This document shows, piece after piece, positions 58,182 through 64,000 of a stretch of 64,000 bases of DNA. The stretch is from assembly GCA_029261055.1 (NCBI GenBank), contig JAJDCA010000066.1:157-64156 (forward strand), read 5' to 3'. How positions within the stretch are numbered: the first letter of the stretch is position 1; every line of letters begins with the position of its first letter. This stretch comes from Candidatus Omnitrophota bacterium (lineage in GTDB: Bacteria > Omnitrophota > Gorgyraeia > Zapsychrales > Zapsychraceae). The translations under genes were made by a program, and so were the position numbers. The notes beneath the pieces are model-generated. The model ran no database searches. It was not told the DNA's origin and was given only the letters and a program-made list of their open reading frames with translations.

Positions 58182-61100
58182 ATGAAAATAAAATATCTTG
58201 CAGTAGCTTGCTTATTACTCGTAGCTTTTACCACCTCACCACACTCCTTTGCCAATCCAATAGACATTGAACAATCCCTCACGCAGGCCAATCAATTCTG
58301 GCACGAAAAATCCTTTCGCCAGGCGGCTGAACATTATGCCAAATTCCTTACACAGACAGACCTTAATAAGGAAGAACAACGTGAAGTGGCGTTTAAATGG
58401 GCAGATGCGAGTTGGCGGACACAGGAAAATCGACGTTACGAAGAGGCGGTTGATGCCCTCAAAACACTGATTGAGTCTGATACAGACGACCGCTGGCGGG
58501 CTGAGGCCAATGAATCATTGGCTGAACATTATTTGCAAGTGGATCGTTGGACACATCAAGAAGACATCAAACAGTATTTCCAAAATGCCCGTGAATATTG
58601 GGCTTCTTCTAAAAATATTGAATTAGCCCGCAAACGTTTCATCAAGGTAAGTTTTACGTTTGGTGAATATCTACGCAACAATTGGGGCTGGCATTACAAT
58701 CAAATCCAACCCGTCAGCGCATTTCGTAAAACTCTTGAAACTATCCCAGATACGCCTCAATCCGGATTACATGTCCTTTATGAAGAAATACTTCAAGTTG
58801 CCACATCAGACGAAGACAAGGCCAAAGCCTATTACGCGCTGGCGATGAGTTATATGAACCAATATTATGGACAATATAAAGAAGATCTGGCTGAAAAGTA
58901 TTTCCAGAAAGTCATTGATGAATTTTCTAAAAGCGAATGGTTGGATGATGCCTATTATTATTTAGGCCAATACCATCAAAAAAACCAGGACTATGTTAAA
59001 GCCTTAAATCCTTATCAGGGATTAATACAAAGATTCAAACCGGGTGAATCCCAGTGGCTGGATAATGCCCGCAACCAAATCAAAAATATTACATCACCCA
59101 CCATTAACCTCAGCAACGGCTATACTTATCTTCCAGGATCGGAAATACTATTTTCACTCAATTGGCACAATGTATCGAAGGCAACCTTTACTATTTATAA
59201 AATGGATATTGTTAAGGAACTAGCATTGGATTTGAATAAACCGGCAGATAACCGCGAACGCGGGGTTGATAATTACCAAGACATCCTCAAACAAATCGTA
59301 GATTACCGCCGCTATCAAAGCTTTCCTAAAGTTTTATCCTGGCAAAAACCCCTTAAGAATGAAGGAAAACACAAACAACATAATGCCACCCAATCACTGG
59401 CCGACTGGCAAGCCGATGAAGGAGAAAAAGATATTGATCCAAAATCTGGCATTCTTGAACCCGGCGCGTATTTACTTTTAGTTAATGCGGCAGGTCAAAC
59501 GGCCTACGATTTAATTTTAGTGACCGAGACGGCTTTGATTTCTAAAACAGGGGGACACTCAGCCCTTTTCTTTACGATGGACAGCAAAACCGGTAAACCC
59601 AAGCCTGAAGCGACGATCAAATATCATTACCGTTATTACGACAGCAACCGTAATGATTGGTTGTGGGAAGAAGACCAGGGCGTCACCGACTCCAAAGGCT
59701 TACTGAAAATATCGCTGAAAAAAAACAACCCGCATCATTATGACAATCAGCATCAAATCTTTGCTACCGCCTCAGACGGTGTAATGCAAGCTTTTACGCA
59801 AAATAATTATTATAACTATTCGAATCAATCCAACCAATGGCACCTATACGCCCACACGGACCGCCCGGCGTATCGTCCGAATGAAAAGGTGTCCTTTAAA
59901 GCGACACTGCGGGGATACGATGATGAAGCATTTAACACGCCCTCCGGCAAAAAAGTTAAGGGCTGGATTCAGGATGCGCGGGGTCAGAAAGTCTTTGAAA
60001 AAACATTTATCCTGAATGATTTTGGTTCTCTTTATGACAGTTTCACTTTAGATGAAAAGGCTACCTTAGGCGAGTATATCCTTTATATCTATTCTGAAGA
60101 AGACAACGCATACTTGGCCCAATCCACCTTGTTCCGTTTGGAAGAATACAAACTACCGGAATTTTTGGTAAACATTAATCCCAAAGCTAAAGAAGGGCAA
60201 GAGGCGGCTGCTTATCAATTGGGCGACACGGTCAAAATCGAAGTTGCTGCTGAATATTATTTCGGCGGGCCGGTGGCTGAGGCAGAGGTAGAATATTTGG
60301 TCTATCAAAACCCCTATTATCATTATTACCGTCAACCGCGCGAATACGGTTGGTACTACGACGATATGTATCCGAATCCCCACAATTATTACAACCAAGG
60401 CCAGCTGTTGCATAAAGAAAAAATTAAAACAGATACCCACGGCAAGGCAATTTTTGAATTTCAAACACTGAAAAAAAGTGATTATGATTTAAGCTACCGT
60501 ATCGAAGTGCGCGTGGTCGATCAAAGTCGACGGGAAATTACAGCTAACCGAGAAATGAAAGTGACGCGTCAGGCCTTTTATGCCTATTTGACGCCCAAAA
60601 ATAATCTCTACCGTCCCGGTGACAAAGCTGAGATTGATATTAAAACCATCACCGCTAATAACGACCCGGTATCTGTTGACGGTAAAGTCACGGTATCACG
60701 TAATTGGTGGAAAAATCCGATTATTAAAAAAAGTACCGTCATAGAACAAGGCCGTTACGATGCGACAGAACTGTTTTCTAAATTTGTTAAAACCAATAAA
60801 AAAGGGGAAACCATCTTTTCCTTTGAACCGGGGCAAGATGGCTATTACATAATTGCCTTTACTGGATTTGATAACAAAGGTAAAGAAGTCAAAACACAAA
60901 CCAATATTTTTGTCTGTGACAAAGGAAGCCGGGATTTAGGCTACCGACACGGGGGCATCCAGATTATTGCCGAAAAAGATACCTACACAATTGGGGAAAC
61001 GGCCCGCGTGATGCTTACGGCGGACAAGCCGGATACCTGGGTATTATTTTCTGTGGAGGCGGACGAAATCTTTGATTACAATCTGTATCATTTAGATGGT

Positions 61101-64000
61101 GCCGTTAAGCTTTTAGAATTTCCTGTTCAAGAAAGCTTTACACCAAATATATTTCTAAACGCGATTTCTGGGCAAGACCACCAGTTGAAAAATCATACCC
61201 TAGCTCTGGTTGTACCTCCGGAAGAAAAATTTCTGAATATCAAGATCCAATCGGATAAGGAAGTCTATCGCCCACAGGAAGAAGGACACTTTGACGTTGA
61301 AGTCACCGACAGCCAGGGCCACCCGGTTTCAGGTGAAATGGCTTTAGGCATCGTGGATGCCAGTGTGTATTACATTCAACAAGATTATGCCGGCGACATC
61401 CGTCAATTTTTCTACGGTACCAAACGGCCGCATTCCGTGCAGACCAACGCGAGTTTTTATCAACGATCTTACGTGAAACTTGTCCGTGGGGATCAAAATC
61501 AAATAATAGATGAACGTATTACGCGTCAGGCTGGATTAACCGAAGCGAAAATATTTAGCGACTCTAGTGATACATTTGGTGGAGGACGTTTAGAACAGGA
61601 TAAATTTGCTCTACGCTCAATGAATGCCATTGCCCCAATGGGAGAAATGATTGATGCTTTAGAAAAAAAAGAAGGGAGGGGCTTTGCTAAATCTTCCCTG
61701 GCTTCCCCTGCAAAGAAAATGAAGTCCCGAAAAAATTTACCAGCATCTCAAGCCTCACCAGCACCAACCAAGGCGGGACTTGCCCAACCAGCTGTCCGTC
61801 AAGACTTCCGCTCCACGGTCTTCTGGCAACCGACGATTATCACGGATGAAGACGGCAAGGCGAGCGTCACAGTCAAATTTCCGGATTCCTTAACCACGTG
61901 GCGCACCACGGCACGTTCACTTACACGCGAGACCGCGGTGGGCACAGTGACTCACGAAAATAAAACCAGCAAAGATATCCTCGTACGCCTGCAGGCTCCG
62001 CGCTTTTTCACAGAACGCGACGAAGTCACCATTTCCGCCAACGTACACAATTACACCGATACCGAACAAAAAATTAAAGTGAACCTTAAAGCCGAAGGTC
62101 TGGATGTTCTTGGCGAAAAATCCCTTTGGGTGACCGTTGAAGCAAATGGAGAACAACGTGTGGATTGGGCCACCGTGGCCCAACAACAAGGTCAGGCCTC
62201 ATTAACAGTGATGGCCCAGGCGCAAGACGACGCCGATGCTGTCCTGCGTACGTACCCTATCATTCCACACGGCATTGAGAAATTTATCGCGCAATCAATC
62301 GTACTTAAAAGTAAAGAAGGCGAGGCTGTTAAAAACCAGTTCACACTCGATCTACCCAAAAAACGTATTAAAGAATCCACTTCGTTACAATTAACATTTT
62401 CTCCTTCACTAGCCGCCGCCTTGTTAGATGCCTTACCGTATTTAGCGGATTATCCGTACGGCTGTGTCGAACAAACAATGAGTCGATTCTTGCCAGCCGT
62501 GACTGTGAAAAAAACAATGAAGGACTTGGGTTTAACGGATACAGAAATTGCGACTTACTTAAACGATGTACTGGAACCCCGTCAAGACCCTGAACATCCA
62601 AAACGCCGCAAAGATGCCACACTGTCCAAACTCAATCAAATGACCAAAGCTAGCCTGGACCGTCTTTACGATTTTCAACACAGCGACGGCGGCTGGGGTT
62701 GGTGGAAAGAAGGGAGCAGCGACTGGTTTATGAGTGCCTACGTGGTGTGGGGATTGAGTCTCGCCAAAGAAGCCGGCATCAAGGTAAAAGGCAAAGTTTT
62801 AAACCGTGCTGTGGACTTCTTGCAAAAACAACTCGTGGAAGAAGAAAATCAACCCGATATGCTCGCCTGGATGTTGCACGCCCTTTCGGTCGCCAAATCA
62901 AAAAGTACATTTGAAAACAAACAAAGCCAACGGCTCTGGGAACAAAGGGAAAAACTTAATCCTTATACTCGCGCCTTATTTGCTTTGAGCGAACATTATC
63001 GCGGTTCGACCGAACACGCCGTGATTTTGGCCCGTAATCTGGCCAACGGCTTACACGAAGATAAAGATAACGGCACGGCCCACTGGGGTGAAGCCGGCAT
63101 TCACTACCGTTTTAGCGAAGGCGGGGTAGAGGCCACGGCCTTTGGCATTAAGGCATTGGCCAACATTCTTCCGGACAGTGAATATCTGGAACCCGCCGTC
63201 AAATGGCTGGCCTTAAACCGAAGAGGAGGCCACTGGAAAAATACACGAGATACGGCGATTGCCATTCTCGGCCTTTCCGATTATCTAAAAATTTCTAAAG
63301 AACTTGTCCCTAATTTTGACTACACGGTCACTGTCAACGGCAAGATTGCACAAAAAGGACACGTTGATCGCAGCAATATCTTCCAATTCAACCGTATTAT
63401 CACCTTGCCCAACGACGCCCTGAAAGATGGAACCAACACCGTTGACGTTAACATCAACGGCACAGGGGCCCTGTACGTTGCCGGTTACCTCAAATATTTC
63501 ACACTGGAAGAAAACATCACACCAGCCGGTAACGAAGTATTTGTCGAACGCAAATACTTTATCAACGACACCGCTGAAACCCTTTTAAAAGGCTACACCA
63601 CCGACTGGCGACCGCTTAAAGCTGGCGACACCGTCAAAAGCGGAGACCGCATCAAAGTCGAAATTACATTGGAAGCCAAGAACCACTACGAATACTTAAT
63701 TGTCGAAGACTACAAACCGGCGGGCCTTGAGGCTGTCGAACTCAAAAGCGGCACCGGTTACGCCCAACAGCTAGATCACAAAGGCAAAGAAACCGGCCGC
63801 ACAACCTGGCTTTACCAAGAATACCGCGACCAAAAAGCCGCCATCTTTATCGACAAACTCAAACAAGGCAAACACCGCATAGAATACGAACTAAGGGCTG
63901 AAATCCCCGGCCGCTTCCACGGCATGCCCAACCAGGTCCACGCAATGTACGTGCCGGAGATCCGGGCGAATAGTAGTGAAATGATTTTAACGGTAGGGGA
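58182..64000 (+). CDS. bacterial alpha-2-macroglobulin with N-terminal TPR-like region (3' end beyond window)
   Basis: SD GGAGG, signal peptide MKIKYLAVACLLLVAF; TDRPAYRP, EEYKLPEF, RQDFRSTVFW, thioester YPYGCVEQ (CVEQ at 62463-62474) and AMYVPE are all in one frame; absent from the ORF track, consistent with no stop before the edge. Confidence 0.92.
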   Translation, partial: MKIKYLAVACLLLVAFTTSPHSFANPIDIEQSLTQANQFWHEKSFRQAAEHYAKFLTQTDLNKEEQREVAFKWADASWRTQENRRYEEAVDALKTLIESDTDDRWRAEANESLAEHYLQVDRWTHQEDIKQYFQNAREYWASSKNIELARKRFIKVSFTFGEYLRNNWGWHYNQIQPVSAFRKTLETIPDTPQSGLHVLYEEILQVATSDEDKAKAYYALAMSYMNQYYGQYKEDLAEKYFQKVIDEFSKSEWLDDAYYYLGQYHQKNQDYVKALNPYQGLIQRFKPGESQWLDNARNQIKNITSPTINLSNGYTYLPGSEILFSLNWHNVSKATFTIYKMDIVKELALDLNKPADNRERGVDNYQDILKQIVDYRRYQSFPKVLSWQKPLKNEGKHKQHNATQSLADWQADEGEKDIDPKSGILEPGAYLLLVNAAGQTAYDLILVTETALISKTGGHSALFFTMDSKTGKPKPEATIKYHYRYYDSNRNDWLWEEDQGVTDSKGLLKISLKKNNPHHYDNQHQIFATASDGVMQAFTQNNYYNYSNQSNQWHLYAHTDRPAYRPNEKVSFKATLRGYDDEAFNTPSGKKVKGWIQDARGQKVFEKTFILNDFGSLYDSFTLDEKATLGEYILYIYSEEDNAYLAQSTLFRLEEYKLPEFLVNINPKAKEGQEAAAYQLGDTVKIEVAAEYYFGGPVAEAEVEYLVYQNPYYHYYRQPREYGWYYDDMYPNPHNYYNQGQLLHKEKIKTDTHGKAIFEFQTLKKSDYDLSYRIEVRVVDQSRREITANREMKVTRQAFYAYLTPKNNLYRPGDKAEIDIKTITANNDPVSVDGKVTVSRNWWKNPIIKKSTVIEQGRYDATELFSKFVKTNKKGETIFSFEPGQDGYYIIAFTGFDNKGKEVKTQTNIFVCDKGSRDLGYRHGGIQIIAEKDTYTIGETARVMLTADKPDTWVLFSVEADEIFDYNLYHLDGAVKLLEFPVQESFTPNIFLNAISGQDHQLKNHTLALVVPPEEKFLNIKIQSDKEVYRPQEEGHFDVEVTDSQGHPVSGEMALGIVDASVYYIQQDYAGDIRQFFYGTKRPHSVQTNASFYQRSYVKLVRGDQNQIIDERITRQAGLTEAKIFSDSSDTFGGGRLEQDKFALRSMNAIAPMGEMIDALEKKEGRGFAKSSLASPAKKMKSRKNLPASQASPAPTKAGLAQPAVRQDFRSTVFWQPTIITDEDGKASVTVKFPDSLTTWRTTARSLTRETAVGTVTHENKTSKDILVRLQAPRFFTERDEVTISANVHNYTDTEQKIKVNLKAEGLDVLGEKSLWVTVEANGEQRVDWATVAQQQGQASLTVMAQAQDDADAVLRTYPIIPHGIEKFIAQSIVLKSKEGEAVKNQFTLDLPKKRIKESTSLQLTFSPSLAAALLDALPYLADYPYGCVEQTMSRFLPAVTVKKTMKDLGLTDTEIATYLNDVLEPRQDPEHPKRRKDATLSKLNQMTKASLDRLYDFQHSDGGWGWWKEGSSDWFMSAYVVWGLSLAKEAGIKVKGKVLNRAVDFLQKQLVEEENQPDMLAWMLHALSVAKSKSTFENKQSQRLWEQREKLNPYTRALFALSEHYRGSTEHAVILARNLANGLHEDKDNGTAHWGEAGIHYRFSEGGVEATAFGIKALANILPDSEYLEPAVKWLALNRRGGHWKNTRDTAIAILGLSDYLKISKELVPNFDYTVTVNGKIAQKGHVDRSNIFQFNRIITLPNDALKDGTNTVDVNINGTGALYVAGYLKYFTLEENITPAGNEVFVERKYFINDTAETLLKGYTTDWRPLKAGDTVKSGDRIKVEITLEAKNHYEYLIVEDYKPAGLEAVELKSGTGYAQQLDHKGKETGRTTWLYQEYRDQKAAIFIDKLKQGKHRIEYELRAEIPGRFHGMPNQVHAMYVPEIRANSSEMILTVG

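Noticed and set aside
179-62988. Many short minus-strand and alternate-frame ORFs in the track (e.g. 30425-31039, 22178-22660, 38827-39093, 60153-62988)
   Set aside because: They are shadows of well-supported + strand genes and have no recognisable motifs.

Overview
AT-rich bacterial chromosomal segment in which every credible gene is on the + strand. It is probably from Candidatus Omnitrophota; this is an inference from two large proteins of a family I associate with that phylum. The core backbone is xseAB, the glycine cleavage operon with a lipoate ligase, rplM-rpsI, an Arg/Lys supercluster (argCJBDF..argGH-lysA-dapF-dapA-dapB-dapL) followed by folK-panC-nadX, guaB3-guaA-dnaE, two tRNAs (Arg-TCG, Ser-CGA), and a roughly 1,940-codon alpha-2-macroglobulin gene that runs off the right end and is missing from the ORF track. 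Accessory genes are interspersed: a GT4/GH15/2OG-oxygenase block, a Schlafen/AlbA ATPase, MORN proteins and two TA-like pairs. The best candidate for an undescribed system is a pair of paralogous large secreted proteins (13990-18765 and 53880-57287). They share a ~350-aa N-terminal domain and a GGIDL C-terminal domain but carry unrelated central cargo bracketed by D-x-[S/A]-M motifs, and the second gene is flanked by a 24/25-nt direct repeat, as expected for an inserted cassette. Other notable items are an in-frame palindromic element inside the lipoate ligase, a three-copy two-hairpin leader motif, two families of repeat-built intergenic hairpins, several unannotated microproteins, a 48-bp perfect palindrome, a frameshifted MORN gene and a histone-like tail on GuaA. 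No CRISPR array, rRNA, integrase or transposase was seen.
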